From IMG/VR virus record IMGVR_UViG_3300032214_000528, positions 32,001 through 96,000 of that record: DNA of 64,000 nucleotides; one strand, given 5' to 3'. The notes under the pieces are model-generated. The model did no database searches. It was not told the origin of the DNA and saw only the letters and a list, made by a program, of their open reading frames with translations. A program made the position numbers and the translations under genes. The DNA is from a virus. Positions 37,315 to 44,992 of this stretch are shown here, piece by piece; within the stretch, counting starts at the first letter, position 1, and each line of letters begins with the position of its first letter.

Positions 37315-37514
37315 CGCTTGTGGGGGTAAATTTTGATCGTAGAAGCTTTACGGCAAGTAGAGTTTTTACTTCCCGATAGCGCTTTTAATTTATTTAATTT
37401 TTGAGCGTGAGGTGCAGGAGCGGAGATAGGAAAAAATAATTCATTTTGATACTGGGTTTATTTGGATAGGTATGATAGGGTTGGGGCATAACAAGAAAAG
37501 GGAAAGGGAAAGAA

Positions 37515-37706
37515 ATGCAGATAAGAATTTTTCACGGCTTGACTTGTGAGGATTGCGATACGCAGAACTCTCTAGTCATAGACACAGGCTCGGATTGGAT
37601 AGATTGGGTTTGCCTTGATTGCCGAAACGAGTCGCACGAACTAATCCACCCTGACGACAGGGACGACATAGATTTGACCAAATTGGTCTATTCGATAGAG
37701 GGGTAA
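37515..37706 (+). CDS. Small Zn-ribbon protein
   Basis: CEDC...CLDC. Confidence 0.65.
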   Translation: MQIRIFHGLTCEDCDTQNSLVIDTGSDWIDWVCLDCRNESHELIHPDDRDDIDLTKLVYSIEG

Positions 37707-37708
37707 AA

Positions 37709-37936
37709 ATGGCGGAGATACATTATCTGATTGCATACAACACGGAAACAAAAAAGTGGGTTGCAGCGGACGAGGCTTTAGGTTCTTGGTTTAGGAACGG
37801 CCCGGTCTGGGAAGGTTCTCACGAGGACGGCAAGTGGAGATTTCTTAACTATGATGATGCTATTGAAATGGACACGGAATACGAAGCCAGCGAAACTGTC
37901 GGCAAGATACTCAAGCAACTAAATGGCGAGGGGTAA
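37709..37936 (+). CDS. Hypothetical protein
   Basis: 75 aa after AGGGGTAAAA. Confidence 0.7.
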   Translation: MAEIHYLIAYNTETKKWVAADEALGSWFRNGPVWEGSHEDGKWRFLNYDDAIEMDTEYEASETVGKILKQLNGEG

Positions 37937-37939
37937 AAA

Positions 37940-38395
37940 GTGGAAGCGGGTCTTTATGACTACTCCATTACTTATCACGGCATGAAACCGCATGATCAGC
38001 GTAGAGAGAGCGTGTTCTTTACTAACGGATTGGTTGCCACAGTAGAGATAGACGGATACGCCATAGACATTTACGCTGAGGGAAACACTCGCCTGAACTA
38101 CGCTAACGGAGATGACATTAGGATTTTTAGCACACCTGATGATTTTATTTATGGCGACTTGGAAACGGACGCAAAGCTTCAAGAGATACAAGATGACGAG
38201 GACTACTACTGGGTCAATAACAACTGGTTCGACCTCTACATAAAGGGAGAGCATTTAGATCAAGTTACCCACACCATTGACGAAGCCATTGAAAGTGCGA
38301 AGGCGATTGTCGCTGAACACATAGTCAATGTTTGCTTCATTGAAAATAACACGAAACCTATTTTGCATAAGGACGGGATTTTTGTAGAGGTATGA
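37940..38395 (+). CDS. Hypothetical acidic protein
   Basis: 151 aa, WVNNNWF. Confidence 0.7.
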   Translation: MEAGLYDYSITYHGMKPHDQRRESVFFTNGLVATVEIDGYAIDIYAEGNTRLNYANGDDIRIFSTPDDFIYGDLETDAKLQEIQDDEDYYWVNNNWFDLYIKGEHLDQVTHTIDEAIESAKAIVAEHIVNVCFIENNTKPILHKDGIFVEV

Positions 38396-38435
38396 TAGGA
38401 TAGGGTTGTAAGCAAATGACGAAGGGAAAATAAAA

Positions 38436-38927
38436 GTGCATTGTGTTCAGTTATTGTTTGTTGAGGCTGATACTCATCAAGACGCTATCGAGATAGTTGA
38501 TAGCAGACGAGAGGAAGCAGATTGGTCTGATTGGTCTGAGGTTGGTGGGCGTTGGTCAGGGATTTTTGGAGAAGGCGAACCAAACGCAATTCTTTATTCC
38601 AATGACCCTGAGAAGTGGGACAAGATGATAAAAGAGTTTTCTGATTACAGAGTGGCTCACATGAAGGAGTCATTGGCTGAAGTAGAAAAATCAGGTGAGA
38701 GTGTTGCTGAACTAATCAAGCACTACGACCCATTAGCCAATAACTTTGACTTGGGTATGAAGGGTTATTACTTGCGAAGGATTGGTTCACTACTTGCCGA
38801 TTACTGGACAAGCGATAGTGCGGTCTATGACTTAGAGGCTGGCACATCTAACTTGGCTTACTTGGCAGAGCGAACTGCAACAAACCCGAAAAAACAATTT
38901 ATGGTTGCGGTGGATTTCCACCACTAA
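38436..38927 (+). CDS. Conserved phage hypothetical protein
   Basis: MH...WSDWSEVGGRWSG...VAVDFHH pattern. Confidence 0.75.
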   Translation: MHCVQLLFVEADTHQDAIEIVDSRREEADWSDWSEVGGRWSGIFGEGEPNAILYSNDPEKWDKMIKEFSDYRVAHMKESLAEVEKSGESVAELIKHYDPLANNFDLGMKGYYLRRIGSLLADYWTSDSAVYDLEAGTSNLAYLAERTATNPKKQFMVAVDFHH

Positions 38928-38967
38928 AAATGTTATGATAGTTATCCAAATGACGAAGGGAAAGTAA

Positions 38968-39228
38968 ATGGAAAACGAAAGCGAGTTTATTACGGCTGGC
39001 GGTCTTGCCGAGTATCTCTCACAAGAGTATAAGGAAAGCGAGATTGTTTCCTACAATGTATACGGCAAGTCTGATGTTGAGTCCGACTTGGGTTGTGAGA
39101 TTACGGATGAACAATGGAAAGAGTTTATTCGGGAGTGGGAAAATGATGATGTTCTCAATGAAATTCGTGCCCAAAGTTGGATGTTGCTAATAGATAATCT
39201 TCGTCAAGAACTGGGGATTGACGAGTGA
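38968..39228 (+). CDS. Hypothetical protein
   Basis: Conserved leader. Confidence 0.7.
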   Translation: MENESEFITAGGLAEYLSQEYKESEIVSYNVYGKSDVESDLGCEITDEQWKEFIREWENDDVLNEIRAQSWMLLIDNLRQELGIDE

Positions 39229-39323
39229 GCCTTTGTGAGATTTGCGAGGCAAACGAAAAAGAGTATGCCGAAGGCAAGTGGTGCGCTTCGTGTAAAGATG
39301 ATTTCAAGGAGAGTGATGACTAA
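39225..39323 (+). CDS. CxxC microprotein (32 aa, not in ORF track)
   Basis: MSLCEICE...WCASC; GTGA/TAATG coupling on both sides. Confidence 0.6.
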   Translation: MSLCEICEANEKEYAEGKWCASCKDDFKESDD

Positions 39324-39499
39324 TGAGGCTTTGTAAGTTTTGTGGCTACGGCATACGGCTAGACAAGGCTGGCTGGTGGGTAGACCTAACGGGTGGAGAT
39401 GTGTGCGGTTGGGACGGCACGAACTCAGCTCACGAACCTAGACTTACTAGGCGAGATACGGCAGGGGTAAAAACGGATCAACGGAAGGAAGTGGCGTGA
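39323..39499 (+). CDS. Small hypothetical protein (58 aa, not in ORF track)
   Basis: MRLCKFCG...C...H; coupled on both sides. Confidence 0.55.
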   Translation: MRLCKFCGYGIRLDKAGWWVDLTGGDVCGWDGTNSAHEPRLTRRDTAGVKTDQRKEVA

Positions 39500-39732
39500 G
39501 AGTAAAAGATTTGATTGAGCAGTTGAGAGCCTATGACGGAGAGGACGAGTTGATTGTCTGCTACTGGGACAAAGAAACGGTGCATGGATACGGCTCGCCT
39601 GAAGTAACGGACGAGGAGTGGAGTGAGGTCATCGAAAGGTATAACAACGGTGAGTGGCATTTCCAAAGCTCGGCTGCCGAGGATTTTGTAGAGATAGTGC
39701 AAGAAGTGGTTTCCGAACGAATTACCGAGTAA
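39496..39732 (+). CDS. Hypothetical protein
   Basis: MRVKDLIEQL. Confidence 0.7.
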   Translation: MRVKDLIEQLRAYDGEDELIVCYWDKETVHGYGSPEVTDEEWSEVIERYNNGEWHFQSSAAEDFVEIVQEVVSERITE

Positions 39733-39790
39733 ATTATAAAAGGTATGATAGGCTTGCCTAGCAATACCAAATGACGAAAGGAACAGGGAA

Positions 39791-39934
39791 ATGGAAAAGA
39801 CAGTATGGGAGTCCTCAGTTACTGAGGAAATGATTTTTGACGCAGGTTTATCAAAGGCTGATGTAAAGCGTCTAGTAAAAGAGTTAGATGACGCAGTTAT
39901 GGAAATCTGCCAAAACTCAGGGATTGGGGGGTAA
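39791..39934 (+). CDS. Small hypothetical protein (47 aa, not in ORF track)
   Basis: Promoter, conserved leader, MEKTVWESSV. Confidence 0.65.
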   Translation: MEKTVWESSVTEEMIFDAGLSKADVKRLVKELDDAVMEICQNSGIGG

Positions 39935-39936
39935 AA

Positions 39937-40122
39937 ATGTTTTTCAATGGTTTCACTTTACTGATGATGATTATTGGGGCCGGGATCGGTTTTAGTTTTT
40001 CCCGTTGGGCTATCTCTACTCCATACCTAGTAGAAGCCCTATCTCAAAGAGTGGGATACGACTACGACAACGAGGGTCAGGTAATTATTTATACTGGACT
40101 CTACGCTGAGGCTGAAAAATAA
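39937..40122 (+). CDS. Small membrane protein
   Basis: N-terminal TM. Confidence 0.55.
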   Translation: MFFNGFTLLMMIIGAGIGFSFSRWAISTPYLVEALSQRVGYDYDNEGQVIIYTGLYAEAEK

Positions 40123-40236
40123 TTTGACGACACGCTCACCACGATTTGCACAAAGGTTATGATGAGTGTATTGTTCTACTTGTTCGGGTAAATCGCTCGG
40201 ACTTACAAAATGACTAAGAGAAAAAGGAAACGCCAA

Positions 40237-40626
40237 ATGGCTAACACCGAAGTATCATACGAAGTAGTGCAGGTAAAGGCTACAACAACAACAACAAAGA
40301 AAGCAGTAGTTTTAGATGAAACTAATGCGCTCGCACTAATCGCTAAAAAGAAACTAATCTCAGAAGCGATTGCAACACAAACTGCCGAGTTGGAAAAAAT
40401 CAAGGCAGAGATTTACGCCCTAATGGGTTGGGAAAAAGTCAAGGTCAATAAGAAAGATAAGTGGGTTGGCGAAGCAGAGGTTGGGCTTATCGCTGGCGAG
40501 GAACGAGTCAAGATTGACCTAAGGGAACGCACCGATTTTGACGGAGATGTTTTGTTCAATGACTACCGAGAGATTTACGACTTGGTGGCAAAGAAGTCAG
40601 AGTATCCCGTCCTAACCGCAAAGTAA
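40237..40626 (+). CDS. Hypothetical protein
   Basis: Own promoter (TTGCAC-17-TATTGT, 40146-40174) and terminator; start MANTEV. Confidence 0.75.
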   Translation: MANTEVSYEVVQVKATTTTTKKAVVLDETNALALIAKKKLISEAIATQTAELEKIKAEIYALMGWEKVKVNKKDKWVGEAEVGLIAGEERVKIDLRERTDFDGDVLFNDYREIYDLVAKKSEYPVLTAK

Positions 40627-40648
40627 TCTCCCTATTACTTAGCAAGAG

Positions 40649-40679
40649 AAAAGCCCTCACCGAAAGGTGGGGGTTTTTT
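40649..40679 (+). terminator. Intrinsic terminator
   Basis: GCCCTCACC-GAAA-GGTGGGGGT-TTTTT. Confidence 0.85.
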
Positions 40680-40821
40680 CTTTTGTGGCGAGGGGTAAAA
40701 AGCGAACGGCCGGGGATCAAGCTGGAGGGCCCGGAAAAAAGAATACGAGGTTCAAGAGCCCTAAATGCAGAAAGGTATGATAGGATTACCTTGTTCAGAC
40801 AAACTAGGGAAAGGCAAGACA

Positions 40822-41208
40822 ATGGACATAATGGAAAAGCACACGGTTGAATTGACTAGCGATTGCACTTGCACCAATGAGGACGGCACGCCTAGCACCG
40901 ATTGTTTTGATTGCTGGGACGACTCGGTATGGTTGTTCAAGGACTTGATGAACACTTGGCGTAAGACGGTCGGAGTAAATTGGAACACGGTTAGAATTAC
41001 TGGCCGGGGTATGGGTTGGCAACGCACTAGCGGAGAAGCCGTAGTGTCTTTCGATAAAGTGTTGGACGCACTAAAGATAAACGGGGACTTTACTTTACGG
41101 TTCAAGCAAGAGGGCTTAGTCCTTACGGCAACACGGTCAAGCCACGATGAGCCTACGGGTGCAGGGTTTTCTTTCACCCTTATCAAAGATGAAGAGGGAG
41201 AGGGGTAA
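40822..41208 (+). CDS. Hypothetical protein
   Basis: Start MDIMEK after GAAAGG; C..CFDCW, W.RTSG, SHDEPTG. Confidence 0.7.
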   Translation: MDIMEKHTVELTSDCTCTNEDGTPSTDCFDCWDDSVWLFKDLMNTWRKTVGVNWNTVRITGRGMGWQRTSGEAVVSFDKVLDALKINGDFTLRFKQEGLVLTATRSSHDEPTGAGFSFTLIKDEEGEG

Positions 41209-41211
41209 AAA

Positions 41212-41355
41212 GTGGGGAAAGATTATCTATCTATACTTATGGAGTGGAAGCCCGAGGGGGACTTTACCGAAGCTGATCTCTGGGACGCTATCGCTGAAGC
41301 CGAAGGCGTAGATGTAAGCGAGATAAGTGATAGGGACTTGACCGAGTTTATCTAG
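41212..41355 (+). CDS. Small acidic protein (not in ORF track)
   Basis: ...MEWKPEGDFTEADLWDAIAEAEGVDVSEI. Confidence 0.55.
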   Translation: MGKDYLSILMEWKPEGDFTEADLWDAIAEAEGVDVSEISDRDLTEFI

Positions 41356-41399
41356 CGGTTCGATTGTGAAAGTGCAGAAAGGTATGATAGGATAAAGGT

Positions 41400-41480
41400 A
41401 TCTCGGTGGGGGGAAGTCGCTGGTCACCTGAACGACCTGAAACCTAGGGGGTCGGAAACAATACGACTCCCCACCGAGTC
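41400..41480 (+). ncRNA. Candidate structured 5' leader/ncRNA
   Basis: Follows TTGTGA-18-TAGGAT; CTCGGTGGGG pairs with CCCCACCGAG and encloses AGTCG/CGACT and CGACC/GGTCG helices. Confidence 0.45.
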
Positions 41481-41502
41481 TATAACTAGGGAGAGGTAAA
41501 AA

Positions 41503-41622
41503 ATGAAAATAACGGACGATTATGATTACGCTAAAGATGTATGGCTAATAAAATGCGTAGAGTGTGGCGTAAGTATGAGCCGTGAAGCATACGCTTACGG
41601 ACACGATTGCGAGGTGGCGTAA
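41503..41622 (+). CDS. CxxC microprotein (39 aa, not in ORF track)
   Basis: MKITDDYDYAKDVWLIKCVECG...HDC. Confidence 0.6.
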   Translation: MKITDDYDYAKDVWLIKCVECGVSMSREAYAYGHDCEVA

Positions 41623-41888
41623 TGGGTATGAGAGGTGAGGTAGGTCGGTTTGATTTACAACAAGAAAAGATAACCGAGCTTAGATTGGCTAAGGCTAGAT
41701 TAGAGGATGCTCAAAAAGTTTTTTGGGAGTGTTTGCTAGGTTCTAGTAAAGCAGGAGTAACACACAGAGAGATTGCGGAAGCTACTGGATTTAGTCGTGC
41801 CAATGTAATGTATCACTTAAGAAAGATACAAGATAATAATCCTTTCTTTATAGGAGATGCCAATGCGAATAGGGGTAAAAAGAAATGA
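41622..41888 (+). CDS. Helix-turn-helix DNA-binding protein
   Basis: GVTHREIAEATGFSRANVMYHL. Confidence 0.8.
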   Translation: MGMRGEVGRFDLQQEKITELRLAKARLEDAQKVFWECLLGSSKAGVTHREIAEATGFSRANVMYHLRKIQDNNPFFIGDANANRGKKK

Positions 41889-42211
41889 ACGATCAAGACT
41901 CGATAAGCTGGGGAGAGCTGGCGGAATTGACTCACGCTACGCAGGTGGAACGATTTGGTTTTTGTATGTGTGAGGACAATGAAGGGAACGAAAACCCTTA
42001 TGCCGATTGTAATAAATACTACTCAACCGATTTATCTATCTCTATTGTGGAGATAAAGGCAGATAGCAAAGAACAAGCTGAAGCGATTATGCAAGAGTTT
42101 ATAGACAAGATTGCACCGATTATGGACGACAAGATTAGGTGGGACGAAGCTAACTGGGAGATTGAGGAAAGTGTCCTAGATAAGAAAGCTGGGGAGTGGA
42201 TAACAAACTAA
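41885..42211 (+). CDS. Hypothetical protein
   Basis: ISWGELAELTHATQVERFGFCMCED..PYADC. Confidence 0.65.
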   Translation: MNDQDSISWGELAELTHATQVERFGFCMCEDNEGNENPYADCNKYYSTDLSISIVEIKADSKEQAEAIMQEFIDKIAPIMDDKIRWDEANWEIEESVLDKKAGEWITN

Positions 42212-42311
42212 GACTCACCGAGGCTTGATTTGAAAATGTCAGGATAATCAAATACAATAAAGCTACTCGGTTACAGTAGCCGATTAACTAGGGAAAGAGT
42301 CAAATAAATAA

Positions 42312-42404
42312 ATGAGAACACTCCAAGAAAAACTAGATGCCGTGGCAAAAGATTTAGATGTTGTTATGGCTGATTTGTTAGATGAGCTTGGTCTAAATGA
42401 CTAA
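42312..42404 (+). CDS. Microprotein (30 aa, not in ORF track)
   Basis: MRTLQEKLDAVAKDLDVVMADLLDELGLND; sole ORF between a promoter (TTGAAA-17-TACAAT, 42230) and a terminator. Confidence 0.65.
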   Translation: MRTLQEKLDAVAKDLDVVMADLLDELGLND

Positions 42405-42416
42405 GTAGTCAGAGAG

Positions 42417-42450
42417 AAGCCCCCGCTAAAAGGCGGGGGTTTCTTTCTTT
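42417..42450 (+). terminator. Intrinsic terminator
   Basis: GCCCCCGC-TAAAAG-GCGGGGGT-TTCTTTCTTT. Confidence 0.85.
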
Positions 42451-42490
42451 ATAGGATAAACTTATAGGGGTAAAAAGAAAGGGAAAAGTT

Positions 42491-42796
42491 ATGGATCAGA
42501 TTATGGATACACGAACCGTTATGTTTATTGGAGATTATTTTTCAATGATGGTTACGGTAGGCGTTCCCGAAGAAGCGGTAAAAGAGGGCGAGATCTATGA
42601 AGATGCCTGTCTTAGAGTAGCTGGGACTTTAATGAAAGAACACTACGGCTGGGATGTTGTTGCCGTAAGTAATCACATAGGGGTTTTAGATGAGGGAGAC
42701 CCTAACTGCGAAACTTGTTATGGGGCTGGAAAGATGAAAGCCGAGGTAGCTGGTGTGGCAAGAGATGTAGAGTGCCCCGATTGTTTTAATGGTTAG
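42491..42796 (+). CDS. Hypothetical protein with C-terminal DnaJ-like CxxCxGxG
   Basis: CETCYGAG...CPDC. Confidence 0.65.
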   Translation: MDQIMDTRTVMFIGDYFSMMVTVGVPEEAVKEGEIYEDACLRVAGTLMKEHYGWDVVAVSNHIGVLDEGDPNCETCYGAGKMKAEVAGVARDVECPDCFNG

Positions 42797-42831
42797 GGGT
42801 AAAAAGTAGACTTACCGATTATGATAAGATT

Positions 42832-42940
42832 AGGTCACCGGGTCGAGCGAACTTCCCTTTCTGCTCCCCGTTGAGATAAGCACTTGTGCTTATCGCACCG
42901 CCCCTTGCTCTCCCTAGCAGGGGTGCGGTGTGTCTAATTG
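42832..42940 (+). ncRNA. Candidate three-hairpin sRNA with C-rich loops
   Basis: After TATGAT/TAAGAT -10; hairpins 42839-42870 (loop CTTCCCT), 42875-42894 and 42894-42932 (loop CTCCCT); no + strand ORF. Confidence 0.55.
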
Positions 42941-42994
42941 TAATTATTATAGAGATTAGATAAGCTAGATCTAAATCGACAAGAGGGGTAAAAA

Positions 42995-43252
42995 ATGACA
43001 AACAACACAATTCAACTCACCGAGTATTTAAATAAAGAGTGGGGACAATTAATAGGGGCAAAACTTTTAAGTATTAGAAGCGCTACCGAAGATGAAGCAG
43101 ATGAGATGATGGGCTGGGACTTTAGCAACCATCACGCTGTGCCGATTTTAGAGTTTGACAATGGGCTAAGCCTAATTCTTTCTCAAGATGAAGAAGGTAA
43201 TGGCGCAGGGTTTGCGTTTCTAGTTGAGGAAAGTCAGGAAGGTGTGTTATAG
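42995..43252 (+). CDS. Hypothetical protein
   Basis: LILSQDEEGNGAGF motif. Confidence 0.75.
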   Translation: MTNNTIQLTEYLNKEWGQLIGAKLLSIRSATEDEADEMMGWDFSNHHAVPILEFDNGLSLILSQDEEGNGAGFAFLVEESQEGVL

Positions 43253-43275
43253 TTATCCTACTCGCAGGGAGCGAG
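43224..43275 (+). promoter_or_regulatory. Promoter plus 5' AGGGA hairpin
   Basis: TTGAGG-18-TATAGT; CTCGC-AGGGA-GCGAG. Confidence 0.7.
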
Positions 43276-43290
43276 AGAAAAAGAGGGAAA

Positions 43291-43626
43291 ATGAAAACAG
43301 CCGTGAAAGTTACAACAGAGGGAACAGTCTCTGTGATTGACCTACAAGCAGACAGCAACGAGTTGGGAACTTTACAGAGTGCCGTTGGTGGTTTGATTGA
43401 GGTAGCAACTCTACAAAGTGGATACACAATGTTTATGAACGAAGAAGGAAAAATCCACGAACTTCCAATCAACGAGAAAGCCACCGCAATTTGGTTGGCT
43501 AACTTCCCTAACTTCCCTGATGTAATCTTGGGAGATGTTGTTCTAGCAGGAGCAACAGACGAAGAAGGAGAACAACTAGGGCTAGACCCCGACTACGCAC
43601 AACGCTTGGTCGAACTTCTAGCATAA
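43291..43626 (+). CDS. DUF3846-like protein
   Basis: LQSAVGGLIE, MNEEGK..LPINEKAT, ILGDVVLAG. Confidence 0.85.
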   Translation: MKTAVKVTTEGTVSVIDLQADSNELGTLQSAVGGLIEVATLQSGYTMFMNEEGKIHELPINEKATAIWLANFPNFPDVILGDVVLAGATDEEGEQLGLDPDYAQRLVELLA

Positions 43627-43637
43627 AAGTAGTAGAG

Positions 43638-43665
43638 GAACCCCTGCCGAGAGGTGGGGGTTTTT
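43638..43665 (+). terminator. Intrinsic terminator
   Basis: AACCCCTGCC-GAGA-GGTGGGGGTT-TTT. Confidence 0.85.
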
Positions 43666-43718
43666 CTATTGTATAGGGGTAAAAATCAGGGTTCACCGAT
43701 CAAGGTATCTTTAGAGGT

Positions 43719-43961
43719 ATGCAAATAGTTCAGAAGGTTTATCACCCTAACGGGAGTTCAGCTCCGTTTGTTGTGGCAATAGTTGATGACCCTGCCGAGG
43801 CAGATACTAAATTAGTTATTATGTTTGAAGAACCCGAGTGCACTGCGGTTTTCTCTTTAGATGGTCTTATTCAAGATGAAGACATTTCAGAGAAAAACTC
43901 TAGTCACGCCGAGCGTTATGAATACGCTTTGCGTGATGAGCTGTGGGATAATCGTTACTAG
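43719..43961 (+). CDS. Hypothetical protein
   Basis: YHPNGSSAPFVVAIVDD. Confidence 0.7.
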   Translation: MQIVQKVYHPNGSSAPFVVAIVDDPAEADTKLVIMFEEPECTAVFSLDGLIQDEDISEKNSSHAERYEYALRDELWDNRY

Positions 43962-43973
43962 GGGTAAAAAACT

Positions 43974-44543
43974 ATGACAACAATAGCGAGTGTTCAAGGT
44001 GATGGCTGGGCTGTTGTTGGTTATGACTCAAGAGTTACCGAGGAAGATGGCAGAACTTATACCTTGCCGAAAGAAGCAGGAAAAGTTTTTAAGAGTGGTA
44101 ATTACATAATTGGTGTTGCGGGAGATGTTAGAGCAATCAATTTAATGACTCACGTTTTTAAGGCACCGCCTTGCACAGGATCAACTTTAGGGGTAAAACT
44201 AGATAAGTTTATGACTGCGGTCTTTATCCCGGAACTAAAGAAATGTTTTGAGGAAGCCTCTTACTCAAAAGATGGCGACCAAGAAAGTCAGATTATGATT
44301 TTAATAAATGGAACTATCTACGAGATAGGCGAAGATTATTCTTGGTGCCACGACATTGCGGGTATCTATGCTATTGGTTCAGGTGCCGACTTTGCTTTAG
44401 GTGCGCTCAATGCTTTATCAGAGGGCAAGAACAGAACTCTTACTACTGCAAGAGCAACGATCAAAACTGCGCTCGCCGTCTCAGCTAAGTTCGATAATAA
44501 GACTTCCGAACCTTTTTACCTCTTGACTCAATACCGAGACTAG
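43974..44543 (+). CDS. Proteasome beta/HslV-like Ntn-hydrolase peptidase, copy 2
   Basis: M-T1TIA, D17-S-R19, GKV, AIGSG. Confidence 0.85.
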   Translation: MTTIASVQGDGWAVVGYDSRVTEEDGRTYTLPKEAGKVFKSGNYIIGVAGDVRAINLMTHVFKAPPCTGSTLGVKLDKFMTAVFIPELKKCFEEASYSKDGDQESQIMILINGTIYEIGEDYSWCHDIAGIYAIGSGADFALGALNALSEGKNRTLTTARATIKTALAVSAKFDNKTSEPFYLLTQYRD

Positions 44544-44647
44544 CAATCCCCACAAACTGCGCCATTGGTGTAGTGGTCTTGATTGATTTGGAACTTCTGC
44601 CCACACTTCCAACAGTTGATGTAAATCATTACTGCTTTTCTAGCCAT
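44540..44647 (-). CDS. CxxC microprotein (35 aa, not in ORF track)
   Basis: MARKAVMIYINCWKCG...VCGDC; own promoter (TATGAT at 44684-44679) and AAAGGGAG RBS. Confidence 0.7.
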   Translation of the reverse strand: MARKAVMIYINCWKCGQKFQINQDHYTNGAVCGDC

Positions 44648-44721
44648 TATGTTTCTCCCTTGTTTGGCTTGTAGGATTATCATAACAGATTTTCCTGACA
44701 AACTCTAAGACACGCCGAGAG

Positions 44722-44750
44722 TTGCAAAGTGCAGGAAGGTCTGTTATTAT
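44722..44750 (+). promoter_or_regulatory. Promoter with conserved spacer
   Basis: TTGCAA-AGTGCAGGAAGGTCTGT-TATTAT. Confidence 0.8.
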
Positions 44751-44776
44751 TTTCTTATAGGGAAAGGAAAACAAAA

Positions 44777-44983
44777 ATGTGGGGATTACCTGATAGCGCA
44801 ATCTTGGGAACTATCAAAAGCCTAAAGAGTCATAAGGGCGGAAGAAAAAGTAGTGCCGTATCAAAGCCAAGCAGAGAGATAACTCTTGCTCAATCTTGGG
44901 AGTGTTTTGACCAAGACTCTAGAAGCCTAGAGGAACTACTTGCTATGGCTCGCCTAACTATAAAGAAGCAACACGCCGAATAA
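44777..44983 (+). CDS. Hypothetical protein with LAQxWxxFDQDSRSLEELL motif
   Basis: Paralog motif of 5276-5467. Confidence 0.7.
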   Translation: MWGLPDSAILGTIKSLKSHKGGRKSSAVSKPSREITLAQSWECFDQDSRSLEELLAMARLTIKKQHAE

Positions 44984-44992
44984 GCAGGGAAG

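Noticed and set aside
42819-43010. Minus-strand 63-aa ORF
   Set aside because: No RBS at its start, overlaps the + gene start, and spans the structured RNA candidate
44751-44770. Sixth AGGGA leader hairpin
   Set aside because: AGGGA is present but the flanks pair poorly; probably just the SD region
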